Part shown: positions 34,691-43,410 of the stretch, piece by piece
How the letters are laid out: each line of letters starts with the position of its first letter
How positions within the stretch are numbered: position 1 is the stretch's first letter
From: Candidatus Woesearchaeota archaeon
Lineage (GTDB): Archaea; Nanobdellota; Nanobdellia; Woesearchaeales; GCA-2686295
Assembly (NCBI GenBank): GCA_013202845.1
Contig: JABMPT010000001.1
Span: 52,244 to 116,243, forward strand
Reading direction: 5' to 3'
DNA: 64,000 nt
Made by a program: the position numbers and the translations under genes
The notes under the pieces: generated by a model
Told to the model about the DNA's origin: nothing
What the model saw: only the letters and a program-made list of their open reading frames with translations
Databases searched by the model: none

Positions 34691-35869
34691 ATGACAACTT
34701 ATTCACATTCTAGAATATCAACATTTGAACAATGCAAGTTAAAGTTCAAATACAATTATATAGATAAGGTTAAAACTGAAATCGAGAAATCAATTGAATT
34801 ATTCTTGGGAGACCTTGTGCACAGAGCTTTGGAAAAGCTATACAAAGACCTAAAATTCCAAAAACTTAATTCTAAAGAAGAAATTGTTTCTTTTTTCAAC
34901 GATTTATGGAAAAAAGAATGGAGTGATGATATTGTTATAGTAAGAGAAGGCCTCACACAAGATAATTATCGTAAGATGGGAGAAAAGTATATCTCAGATT
35001 ATTATGAACACTATGAACCGTTTGATGATACGAAGATAATTGGTTTAGAAACACAGGATTTGATGAATCTTTCAGATGGGAACAAGTACCATGTCAGAAT
35101 TGACAGGTTGGAAGTTGATGGAACAACTTACTATGTGACTGATTACAAAACTACTAACACTATGAAAGATCAGAATGAAGCTGACTCTGACAGTCAGTTG
35201 GCAATGTATTCTATCTGGGTTAAGAATAATTTTTCGGATGCAAAAAAAGTTGTTTTGAAATGGCACATGCTTGCTTTTGACAAAGAGGTTGTTTCTGAAA
35301 GAACAGATGAACAGTTGCAGCAACTCCAAAAAGAGATTGTTGCTAAGATAGAGAATATAGAATCATGCAAAAACTTTCCACCGAAAAAATCAGCTTTATG
35401 CGATTGGTGTGAGTTCAAGCCCATATGCCCTGAATGGAAACATCAATATGAACTTGAAAAAAAGACTGAACAGGAATTCAAAGACGACGATGGGGTAAAG
35501 CTTGTTGATGAATACTCAAAGCTCAAAGCAGAAGAAAAAAAGATTTCAGAACAGCTTGAAGGTTTAAAAAATAAAATAATCGCTTTTGGAGAACAGAAAG
35601 CTGTTAACAGAGTTTTTGGAACTGACCAAAGAGCAACTATTTGGAGCAAAGAGGTAAATAAATTCCCTAAGACAACAGAGTTTAATTATCAGGAATTTGT
35701 GGAAATGGTGAAAAAACTTGGTTTGTGGAAGGATTTCTCAAGGCTTGATAGCTTCAAGCTGGAAAAAGCCTTTGGCAATGAGGAATTCCACGGCGAGATA
35801 CAAGAAATTCTAAGTAAATTTGCAAAGAAAGAAAAGGTTGAAAGGATATATATGGGGAAGAAGCAATAG
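34691..35869 (+). CDS. PD-(D/E)XK nuclease family protein (Cas4/AddB-nuclease-like with Fe-S cysteines)
   Basis: N-terminal YSHSRISTFEQCKLKFKYNYI, core D...DYK, and C-terminal CDWCEFKPIC (a C...CxxCx5C arrangement). Confidence 0.72.
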   Translation: MTTYSHSRISTFEQCKLKFKYNYIDKVKTEIEKSIELFLGDLVHRALEKLYKDLKFQKLNSKEEIVSFFNDLWKKEWSDDIVIVREGLTQDNYRKMGEKYISDYYEHYEPFDDTKIIGLETQDLMNLSDGNKYHVRIDRLEVDGTTYYVTDYKTTNTMKDQNEADSDSQLAMYSIWVKNNFSDAKKVVLKWHMLAFDKEVVSERTDEQLQQLQKEIVAKIENIESCKNFPPKKSALCDWCEFKPICPEWKHQYELEKKTEQEFKDDDGVKLVDEYSKLKAEEKKISEQLEGLKNKIIAFGEQKAVNRVFGTDQRATIWSKEVNKFPKTTEFNYQEFVEMVKKLGLWKDFSRLDSFKLEKAFGNEEFHGEIQEILSKFAKKEKVERIYMGKKQ

Positions 35870-35907
35870 CAAAATTTATTAATAACCAAACTCTTAATTT
35901 CTCTTGA

Positions 35908-36858
35908 ATGGGTAGGGTTTTGAAAAAAGAGGATTATAAGAGCTTTCTGCAAAAGCTGAAGAAAGAAGCTGAGTTAATTGCACCTGTAACAACGGACATG
36001 ACTCGCTTTCAGGTTGTAGATAATGTTGATGATATTGATTTGAATGGTGGAAACCCGTTTTTTCCTATAAAGAAATATTTCTTGCCAAACGAGGAACCTC
36101 TACTGATAATAAAGAATGGTCTTACAAAGGAAATAAAACAAAAGCCAAAGAAAAGGATAATCTTTGGAGCAAGACTCTGTGATATAAACGGAATAGCTAT
36201 AATGGATAAATTATTCTTGGACCATGACTATATTGATGAGAAATATGCAAGGAGAAGAGATAATACTATAGTTATAGGAGTTAATTGTTTGGCACCTCCA
36301 TCAGAATATTGTTTTTGCAGCTCGATGAATTTGCAGAAGGATAACTGTGATTTGTTGCTTCATGAAAGAGAAACAGATTATTATATAGATGTATTATCAG
36401 AAAAGGGGGCTAAATTCATCAAGCACTTGCCAGAAGAAGAATTTTATTATTCATTGCCACAAACAGAGAAAAGGCTTGGCAAAAAAGATTTATGGCCTTA
36501 CTTTGCAGACAAGCATTGGGAAAAAGATTCTGATTTATGCGTCAGTTGCCAGAGATGCACAATCTTATGCCCGACATGTTATTGTTTTGACATGTATGAC
36601 AAGGTAAATCCTGGAACAAAGAATGGTGAAAGGATGAGGAATATCGATTCCTGTCATTCGAAAGACTTTACAGAGGTTGCAGGGGGACATGTTTTCAGAG
36701 ATACAAGGCTGAAAAGGTACAGGCATCGTGTTTTGCACAAAGTACAGTTCTTCGAAGACAAATTCAAAAGAAGCATGTGTACAGGTTGTGGCAGATGCAT
36801 AGAATACTGTCACTCAAAAATTGACTTCGTGACAACAATAAACGAGGATTTCAAATGA
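35908..36858 (+). CDS. hydB: [NiFe] hydrogenase group-3b-type beta subunit (Fe-S, AsrA-like)
   Basis: CVSCQRCTILCPTCYC and CTGCGRCIEYC ferredoxin-type motifs. First gene of a beta-gamma-delta-alpha cluster with ATGA-type overlaps. Confidence 0.78.
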   Translation: MGRVLKKEDYKSFLQKLKKEAELIAPVTTDMTRFQVVDNVDDIDLNGGNPFFPIKKYFLPNEEPLLIIKNGLTKEIKQKPKKRIIFGARLCDINGIAIMDKLFLDHDYIDEKYARRRDNTIVIGVNCLAPPSEYCFCSSMNLQKDNCDLLLHERETDYYIDVLSEKGAKFIKHLPEEEFYYSLPQTEKRLGKKDLWPYFADKHWEKDSDLCVSCQRCTILCPTCYCFDMYDKVNPGTKNGERMRNIDSCHSKDFTEVAGGHVFRDTRLKRYRHRVLHKVQFFEDKFKRSMCTGCGRCIEYCHSKIDFVTTINEDFK

Positions 36859-37646
36859 GCATTTTTCAAGCTAAGAGATACAGGATAAAAGAAGTTCTTC
36901 CACAAACAGACGATAATGTTATGTTAAGAGTTAAGACTAGATTGAACCCTCAGCCAGGACAATTCGTAGAAGTAAGCATTCCTGGGGTTGGAGAAGCACC
37001 AATATCAAGCGCATCCTGCAATAATGAATTTCTTGACTTGAATGTAAGGATTGTTGGGGCTGTTACAGAAGCCATTACTAAGATGAAGAAAGGTGAACAA
37101 GTCCATTTGAGAGGTCCTTATGGTAGAGGATATCCAATGGATTATCTGCGCGGAAAGAATATTGTTCTTGTCGGAGGAGGATGCGGGGTTGCTCCACTTA
37201 GAGGAATAATAGAATTCATTGACAAGCACAGGATGGATTACAAGGAAATATACTTATTCTTTGGATTTAGAAGCCCTGCAGATGTATTGTTCAAAGATGA
37301 GATAGATGATTGGAGCAAGAAGTATAATCTTAATATGTCTGTTGACAAAGCTCCTGAAGATAATCCTTTCAATTGCTCGGTTGGTTTTGTTACTAAATTA
37401 CTAGAGAATGCAGAACTTTCGACAGATAACACAGAAGTGTTGACCTGTGGTCCGTCAATCATGATTGATAAATGCATAGACATTCTGAAGAGTAAGGGAT
37501 TTTCTGATGATAAATTATGGGAGAGTTATGAGAGGCATATGAAATGTTCAACTGGAAAATGTGGTCATTGCATGATAAATGGTAAATATGTCTGCATGGA
37601 TGGACCTGTTTTTAGGCATGATGAGGTGAAGGGTATAGATGAGTAG
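36855..37646 (+). CDS. hydG: [NiFe] hydrogenase group-3b-type gamma subunit (FAD/NAD(P)-binding, 2Fe-2S; PyrK/AsrB-like)
   Basis: Flavin-reductase fold (GQFVEVSIPGVGEAPIS, LVGGGCGVAPL) and the C-terminal cluster motif C-x4-CGHC...C. Confidence 0.78.
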   Translation: MSIFQAKRYRIKEVLPQTDDNVMLRVKTRLNPQPGQFVEVSIPGVGEAPISSASCNNEFLDLNVRIVGAVTEAITKMKKGEQVHLRGPYGRGYPMDYLRGKNIVLVGGGCGVAPLRGIIEFIDKHRMDYKEIYLFFGFRSPADVLFKDEIDDWSKKYNLNMSVDKAPEDNPFNCSVGFVTKLLENAELSTDNTEVLTCGPSIMIDKCIDILKSKGFSDDKLWESYERHMKCSTGKCGHCMINGKYVCMDGPVFRHDEVKGIDE

Positions 37647-38436
37647 TTTGTCAATATTCAAAAAAGAAAAGAAGAAGCCAAGAGTTGCTATCCATTCCAT
37701 TACCGGATGTGCTGGTTGCCAGTTGGTTATCTATTTCATAAGGGACAAGCTTCTTGAATTATTGGGAGAGATAAATCTTGTTGCTGCTCCTATGATCAAA
37801 GGCAAGAATGAGAAAGGCTCTTATGATATCTGCTTTGTTGAAGGAATGGTTGCTTGCCAAAAAGATTTTGATGAGTTGAAAAAATGGAGGGAACAGTCAA
37901 AGTTCTTGGTTGCTTGGGGAACTTGTGCGACTCATGGAAATGTTCCTGGAATAAAGATCTACATGGATAAAGAGGGAGTGGAGAACAGAGTTTACAAGGA
38001 CAAATCTCACTTGGATGGTGATAAGAGACCTGTTGTGCCTTCTCCTATTAAAGAATGCGTCAAAGTAGACTACGAGATAAGCGGCTGTCCGCCAGAAGAG
38101 ATAGAATTCTTGAGGATGATGCAGCGTTTCCTGATGAATGTAAAACCAGTGGTTTACAATGAACCTGTATGTGTTGAATGCACTCAGAGAGAGATTAAAT
38201 GTTTGCTAGAAGATGAAAAAGAATGCTTGGGACCAATGATAAGAGGCGGCTGCAATGCTCTATGTCCTGCTGTTAATCATGCATGCACAGGTTGCCACGG
38301 TCCATTGGAAGATGCCAATATACCACAAGTACTTAAGCTATTAGAAGAGAACGGAATTCCAAAAGAACTTGTAAAACAAAGATTGCAGAAATACGCTGGA
38401 CCAGAGTTTGAGAAACTAGGAGTTAAAATAAGATGA
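37639..38436 (+). CDS. hydD: [NiFe] hydrogenase small (delta) subunit
   Basis: ITGCAGCQL proximal-cluster motif, GTCATHGN, and C-terminal Cys clusters. Confidence 0.85.
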   Translation: MSSLSIFKKEKKKPRVAIHSITGCAGCQLVIYFIRDKLLELLGEINLVAAPMIKGKNEKGSYDICFVEGMVACQKDFDELKKWREQSKFLVAWGTCATHGNVPGIKIYMDKEGVENRVYKDKSHLDGDKRPVVPSPIKECVKVDYEISGCPPEEIEFLRMMQRFLMNVKPVVYNEPVCVECTQREIKCLLEDEKECLGPMIRGGCNALCPAVNHACTGCHGPLEDANIPQVLKLLEENGIPKELVKQRLQKYAGPEFEKLGVKIR

Positions 38437-39725
38437 GTAAGAAGATAACTTTGAATCATATCACAAAGGTTGAAGGTCATGCTAATCTGGATGTTGAAAT
38501 TGATGATGGCAAATTAATTAATTGTGAGTTGGGAGCTGTAGAAGGAGCAAGATTCTTCGAAGGGATTGTTGTTGGAAGGAAATATGATGAGATAAAGGAG
38601 ATAACCAGTAGGATATGCGGTATCTGCAGCGTTAGTCACAGTATGACATCTTTGAAAGCTACTGAAGATGCTTTTGGAATAGATGTTAGTGAGCAGACAA
38701 AGCTGCTGAGAGAATTGATGAGCATAGGAGAACGAATAAGAAGCCATGCTACTCATCTTTATTTTTTAGCATTGCCTGATTATCTGGGGTGTGAATCAGC
38801 TATTGAAATGGCTCCGAAATACAAAAAGGAAGTTGAAAGGGCTCTGTATTTAATGAAACTTGGAAACGAAATAATCACAAAAGTCGGAGGGAGACAAATG
38901 CATCCTGTTTCTTCAGTTGTTGGTGGCTTTACGCACATTCCATCAAAGGAAGATATGAAGTTTTTACTTTCTATGTTAAAAGAGAGCAAGCCTTATGCAA
39001 TTAAAACCCTAAAGTTATTTTCAAAGTTAAAGTATCCAACATTGGAGATTGATTCAGAGCATATAGCTCTTTATAGAGAAGAAGGACAACCATTGCTAGA
39101 TGGCCCAATCATATCTGACAAAGGTTTGAAAACTACTTCACGTAGCTATGTTGATTTCATAGAGGAGTATATTGTGAAGCATTCAACAGCAAAATTTGCA
39201 GTAAGGAATGGAAGAGGTTATGTAACAGGAGCACTGTCAAGGATTAATCTTAACTATAGGACATTATCGCCTAAAACAAAAAAAATACTTTCAAACCATC
39301 ATATCTTGTTCCCTAGTAAAAATATTTTTCATAACAATGTGGCGCAGGCAGTTGAATTAGTTTACTGGATTGATAATGCTATAACAATCCTTGAAAATTC
39401 AGAATTCAAGCAGGAGCCACTTGCAGATTTTTCACCGAGAGCAGGAGTTGGAAGGGCAGCGACAGAAGCTCCTAGAGGAATATTGTTCCATGAGTATAAA
39501 TTTGATGACAAAGGAAATGTTGAAAGCTGTAATATAATAACCCCAACAACCCAGAATTTGAGAAGTATGGAAGACCATATAAGATTATATGTTGAGAATA
39601 TGTTGGAAGCAAAAAAAGAGCAAGGTTACATAACAGTGGAAATAGAAAAACTCATAAGAGCTTATGATCCATGCTTCAGCTGCTCAGCTCATTTCTTGAA
39701 AGTTAATTGGAAAGAAAGAAAATAA
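38433..39725 (+). CDS. hydA: [NiFe] hydrogenase large (alpha) subunit
   Basis: N-terminal RICGICSVSH and C-terminal DPCFSCSAH nickel-binding motifs, followed by a 10-aa tail (FLKVNWKERK) consistent with endopeptidase processing. Confidence 0.9.
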   Translation: MSKKITLNHITKVEGHANLDVEIDDGKLINCELGAVEGARFFEGIVVGRKYDEIKEITSRICGICSVSHSMTSLKATEDAFGIDVSEQTKLLRELMSIGERIRSHATHLYFLALPDYLGCESAIEMAPKYKKEVERALYLMKLGNEIITKVGGRQMHPVSSVVGGFTHIPSKEDMKFLLSMLKESKPYAIKTLKLFSKLKYPTLEIDSEHIALYREEGQPLLDGPIISDKGLKTTSRSYVDFIEEYIVKHSTAKFAVRNGRGYVTGALSRINLNYRTLSPKTKKILSNHHILFPSKNIFHNNVAQAVELVYWIDNAITILENSEFKQEPLADFSPRAGVGRAATEAPRGILFHEYKFDDKGNVESCNIITPTTQNLRSMEDHIRLYVENMLEAKKEQGYITVEIEKLIRAYDPCFSCSAHFLKVNWKERK

Positions 39726-39738
39726 AAAATTAAATTAT

Positions 39739-40452
39739 TTATCCATTTAATGCTGCTTCTATTGCCTGCTGGAAAGCTGCGAATGGTTGTGCTCCTGATA
39801 AGAGTTGTCCGTTTATGATGAAACCAGGTGTTCCCCTGATTCCAGCATTGGAACCGTCTCTCATATCTTTCTGCACTTCTTCTGCTTTCTCTCCAGAATC
39901 CAAGCAGTTGTCGAATGTCGCAGTGTTTAGACCTAAGTCTGCTGCGTGTTGCTTGAAGCCTGCAACTCCTCCACTTACACCGCTTTCAAATAGCATGTCA
40001 TGCATCTCCCAGAACTTTCCTTGGTCATCTGCACATTCTGCAGCTTCTGCTGCTTTTTGAGCGTTTTGATGGAAACCCAATGGGAAATCCCTGTAAACAA
40101 GCTTGACTTTGCCTGTGTTTATGTATGTTTCTTCGATTTGTGATAATGTCTGACTGTAGAATCTTCCACAGAAAGGACATTCAAAATCGCTCCACTCAAC
40201 TATTGTTACAGGTGCGTCTTCATCTCCCTTGAATGCGTCGTCGTCTGCTAATGCTTCCATGTCTACGTTTGGAGCGCTTGGTGCGCTCGGAGCAGATGCT
40301 GCTGCTTTTTCTGTGTCTTCTGAGCCTTCAATGGATGACTCATCCTTTATGCTGCTTACCTGTGTTAAGACCACTATCTGCAATATGATTATGATAGCTA
40401 ATCCTAGGAAAACAAGCTTATGTACGTGTTCTTTTCTTACTATTTTCAACAC
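39739..40452 (-). CDS. exported DsbA-family thiol:disulfide oxidoreductase
   Basis: N-terminal TM anchor, Ala/Pro/Ser linker, active site WSDFECPFCGRF, and GTPGFIING. GTG start. Confidence 0.8.
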   Translation of the reverse strand: MLKIVRKEHVHKLVFLGLAIIIILQIVVLTQVSSIKDESSIEGSEDTEKAAASAPSAPSAPNVDMEALADDDAFKGDEDAPVTIVEWSDFECPFCGRFYSQTLSQIEETYINTGKVKLVYRDFPLGFHQNAQKAAEAAECADDQGKFWEMHDMLFESGVSGGVAGFKQHAADLGLNTATFDNCLDSGEKAEEVQKDMRDGSNAGIRGTPGFIINGQLLSGAQPFAAFQQAIEAALNG

Positions 40453-40639
40453 CTCCGTTAATAAGATTCTATTTTTACTTCAAGTTTTAAGATATATTTT
40501 GCTGTAAGAACTACTACTCTAAAAACAGCTGAAACAGCCAGATTCTTACGTTTTAACGTTTATAAGCAACGCAAATAGGCGTTGACACTATAATGCTTCC
40601 GTTGGTCGCGACTTCGTCAAAATAAAACAAAAGAAAAAA

Positions 40640-41026
40640 TTATTCGCTACTCCACAATCCGTGTAGGTTGCAGAATTCTCTCGCCCTCAAATCAGAAGCG
40701 TTTTCCACATGGAAAACTGCTCTTGGTTTGTCTCCCGGGTGGAGTCTCTTTTCTGCTATTAGCTTATCGCTTCTTAAGAGTTGAATGAATTCTATGTAGT
40801 GATCTTCTTCCATTGGATGATCAATGCTTCCTACATTCACAGTTACTTTGTCTCCTTCGATGGTGACTATTGGAACATGTTTTTCCTTTCCTTCCAGTTC
40901 TGGAGACAGTTCTTTTAGTTGATTCATAGGTTGCCCACAACAAAGAATAAGGGGTTGATGAGCTTCAACTATTGAAATAACATTTCCACATTTTGAACAT
41001 TTGTAAATTCCATTTGTTTCTACCAT
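40640..41026 (-). CDS. dfx: desulfoferrodoxin (2Fe superoxide reductase)
   Basis: Desulforedoxin-like YKCSKCGN...CCGQPM, EKHVPI, and the centre II ligands H...H...CNLHGLW. Confidence 0.88.
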   Translation of the reverse strand: MVETNGIYKCSKCGNVISIVEAHQPLILCCGQPMNQLKELSPELEGKEKHVPIVTIEGDKVTVNVGSIDHPMEEDHYIEFIQLLRSDKLIAEKRLHPGDKPRAVFHVENASDLRAREFCNLHGLWSSE

Positions 41027-41046
41027 TTGATTGCCTCGTAGTAACT

Positions 41047-41562
41047 TTATATGTCTTCAGGCACAAAATAGCTTTGTGGATGTTTACAACAAGGGCATAC
41101 GCCTGGTGCTTCTGTTCCTGTGTGTATGTGTCCGCATTTGCTGCATTTCCATTTGATTGGCTCTTCTCTCTTGAAAACTGTTCTTTTCTCAACCATGTCC
41201 AGAAGTTTCCTGTATCTTTCTTCATGTTCTTTTTCAACTTTGCCAATGGATAGAAATAGCTTCATTGCTTTCGTATCACCTTCTTCTTTTGCTTCTTTTG
41301 CAAAAGTTGGATACATCTCAGTTGTTTCGTAGTGTTCTCCTTCTGCCGCTGTTTTTAGGTTCGCTTTTGTATCTCCAATTCCTTTCAGTAATTTGAACTC
41401 TTCTTTTGCATGTTGCATCTCATTGTCAGCAGTCTCTTCAAATATCTTGGCTATGTAATTATAACCTTCTTTTTTTGCAACCTTTGCGAAGTATGTGTAT
41501 TTGTTCCTTGCCTGGCTTTCACCAGAAAAAGCAGCTTGTAAATTTTCTTCAGTTTTAGTCAT
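41047..41562 (-). CDS. rbr: rubrerythrin
   Basis: Diiron four-helix motifs (ESQARNKY, EMQHAKE, EGEHYE, EKEHEE) plus a C-terminal rubredoxin-like CSKCG...CPCC. Start set at ATG 41562 behind GGAGGG. Confidence 0.9.
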   Translation of the reverse strand: MTKTEENLQAAFSGESQARNKYTYFAKVAKKEGYNYIAKIFEETADNEMQHAKEEFKLLKGIGDTKANLKTAAEGEHYETTEMYPTFAKEAKEEGDTKAMKLFLSIGKVEKEHEERYRKLLDMVEKRTVFKREEPIKWKCSKCGHIHTGTEAPGVCPCCKHPQSYFVPEDI

Positions 41563-41745
41563 GATTAACCCTCCTAATCTAATGGAGTTATAACTTGTTG
41601 TTTTATATTGTTTTTGATTTTGATTAATTATCAAATCAATTTTCTAAAAATACGATGCTCCGAACTGGTGTTACTTCTTACACTACCAATAAACTATTCT
41701 TTATATTCAATAGTTTTTTATATTATTAGAGAAGTACTATTTGAT

Positions 41746-42495
41746 ATGAGAAATGAGTGTTTTGCTTTGTTAATTTTATTATTAGCCTTGCCTGTGGCTC
41801 TTGCAGAAAGTCCATCGGATATTAAGATAACTTACTTTGTGAATGATTATGGTAATATCTTCTCTGATGCACAGGAAGTAACGCTGAGTAATTCATTAAA
41901 GGACATTTATGATTCAAAGACTGCTGAGTTTTCTATTGTGACTGTTAAATCTCTTGGTGGTTATGATGCACAAGGGTTTGCACAAGAAGTATCTGAAGGA
42001 AAACTGGGTGATTCTGAAATAAATAATGGCTTATTATTATTAATAGCTGTTGAAGATAGACAATATTGGTTTAATGTTGGACGAGGATTAGAACCTATAT
42101 TTAATGATGCTAAGGTTGGTAGAATTGGAAGAGAATCATTAGTTCCTTATTTTAAGGAAGGATTATATTTTGAAGGAAGTATTAGTGCAATAAATGATAT
42201 TGCAAACGAATTAAAAGTTGAATTAACAAATAAGGTTGTACTACCAACACAAAGAACACAATCTCGTATTAGTCCTGGATTAATATTTATGGGAATGTTT
42301 TTTATGATGTCGATATTTCGATCTATTGCTGCAAAAGGTCAAGGAAAAGGTGGAAAGAGAAGAGATAATAGTAACCTTTTCCTAGCTGCAATGTTTGCCT
42401 CATCCATGATGAGAGGCGGACGAGGTGGCTTTGGTGGTGGTGGAGGTTTTGGTGGTGGAGGTTTTGGCGGTGGTGGAGCCGGAGGAGGATGGTAA
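41746..42495 (+). CDS. TPM-domain protein (YgcG-like) with TM helix and Gly-rich tail
   Basis: Signal peptide, TPM core (VNDYGNIFS...FSIVTVKSLGG...LLLIAVEDRQYWFNVGRGLE), a TM helix, and the tail GGRGGFGGGGGFGGGGFGGGGAGGGW. Start moved to ATG 41746. Confidence 0.8.
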   Translation: MRNECFALLILLLALPVALAESPSDIKITYFVNDYGNIFSDAQEVTLSNSLKDIYDSKTAEFSIVTVKSLGGYDAQGFAQEVSEGKLGDSEINNGLLLLIAVEDRQYWFNVGRGLEPIFNDAKVGRIGRESLVPYFKEGLYFEGSISAINDIANELKVELTNKVVLPTQRTQSRISPGLIFMGMFFMMSIFRSIAAKGQGKGGKRRDNSNLFLAAMFASSMMRGGRGGFGGGGGFGGGGFGGGGAGGGW

Positions 42496-42496
42496 A

Positions 42497-42754
42497 ATGT
42501 CTAAAGTAAAAGAAACAGGAACAAGTAAACTAAAACAAAAACTATTTTGGATTTTCTTAGGAAAAAGACTGTTAATAACAGATGATAACAATTTAAAATG
42601 TCCAAGATGTTCTTCAAAGCTAGATAAAATCAAAAAAAATAAAATAGTGATTGATGTTTGTCCATTTTGTCAAGGAATGTGGCTTGATGATGGAGAAATT
42701 GAAAAATTATCTGAACTTAATAAAAAGGTGAAACCAAATGGCAAAAAAAAATAA
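42497..42754 (+). CDS. zinc-ribbon protein (TFIIB-type zf, CPRC...CPFCQGMWLD)
   Basis: CPRC-x20-CPFC followed by GMWLDDGEIEKL, typical of the zf-TFIIB-like family. Start moved to ATG 42497, just after the TPM gene stop. Confidence 0.6.
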   Translation: MSKVKETGTSKLKQKLFWIFLGKRLLITDDNNLKCPRCSSKLDKIKKNKIVIDVCPFCQGMWLDDGEIEKLSELNKKVKPNGKKK

Positions 42755-43337
42755 TCGGACTTTGTGGATTGTACTAGGAGTAGTATTATTGCTAGTGCTA
42801 ATCGTGATTGGTTCGTACAATGGTCTTATCACAGCAGACGAAACTGTTGATGAAAAATGGGCTAATGTACAAACAGCATATCAAAGAAGAGCAGATTTGA
42901 TTCCAAATCTAGTTGACACTGTTCAAGCAGCAGTTGAGTTTGAACAAGAAACGCATACACAAATAGCTGCAGTAAGAACAAGCGCGGTTGCAGCACAACA
43001 ATCAATGGCTTCTGCAAACACACCTGCAGAAATAAGCGCTGCATCTAAACAAGTCGAAAGTGCAATAGCAGGATTCTCTGGATTAAATATAAATGTAGAA
43101 AGATATCCTGACTTAAAAGCTACAGAAAACTTCTTATCCTTGCAGGATGAATTGGCTGGAACTGAGAATCGTGTTAAAGTTGAAAGGGATATTTTCAATA
43201 AAGCTGTAAAGAATTATAATTTGAAAGTAAGAAGATTTCCTTCAAATATGATAGCAGGACTGTTCGGATTTGAAAAGAGAGAAATGTTTGAAGCTGACGA
43301 AGGAACGAATGTAGCACCAACAGATATTTTTGAGTGA
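42738..43337 (+). CDS. lemA: LemA family protein
   Basis: N-terminal TM helix then YNGLI...EKWANVQTAYQRRADLIPNLV...RYPDLKA...L..EL.GTENR....R..FN..V..YN. Confidence 0.88.
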   Translation: MAKKNNRTLWIVLGVVLLLVLIVIGSYNGLITADETVDEKWANVQTAYQRRADLIPNLVDTVQAAVEFEQETHTQIAAVRTSAVAAQQSMASANTPAEISAASKQVESAIAGFSGLNINVERYPDLKATENFLSLQDELAGTENRVKVERDIFNKAVKNYNLKVRRFPSNMIAGLFGFEKREMFEADEGTNVAPTDIFE

Positions 43338-43410
43338 ACAAATCTTTTTTTATTTTTTTTATAATATTAGGTCTTACTATTGCTTTTCATAATACTCCTT
43401 AGCATTATTT

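Noticed and set aside
40582-40594. Bacterial-looking TTGACA ... TATAAT promoter hexamers
   Set aside because: The two hexamers are separated by only 1 nt instead of about 17, and the genome is archaeal. This is a coincidence.
41563-41745. Track extensions of rubrerythrin (to 41634) and of the TPM protein (from 41608), which overlap each other
   Set aside because: The extensions are non-conserved-looking and overlap divergently. Internal ATGs (41562 with GGAGGG; 41746 giving a proper signal peptide) are better starts.
42400-42633. GGT/GGA tandem repeats and ORFs 42400-42633 (-) and 42425-42496 (+) across the TPM 3' end
   Set aside because: The repeats simply encode the Gly-rich tail of the TPM protein. 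The alternative frames are artefacts. This is not a CRISPR or mobile-element repeat.
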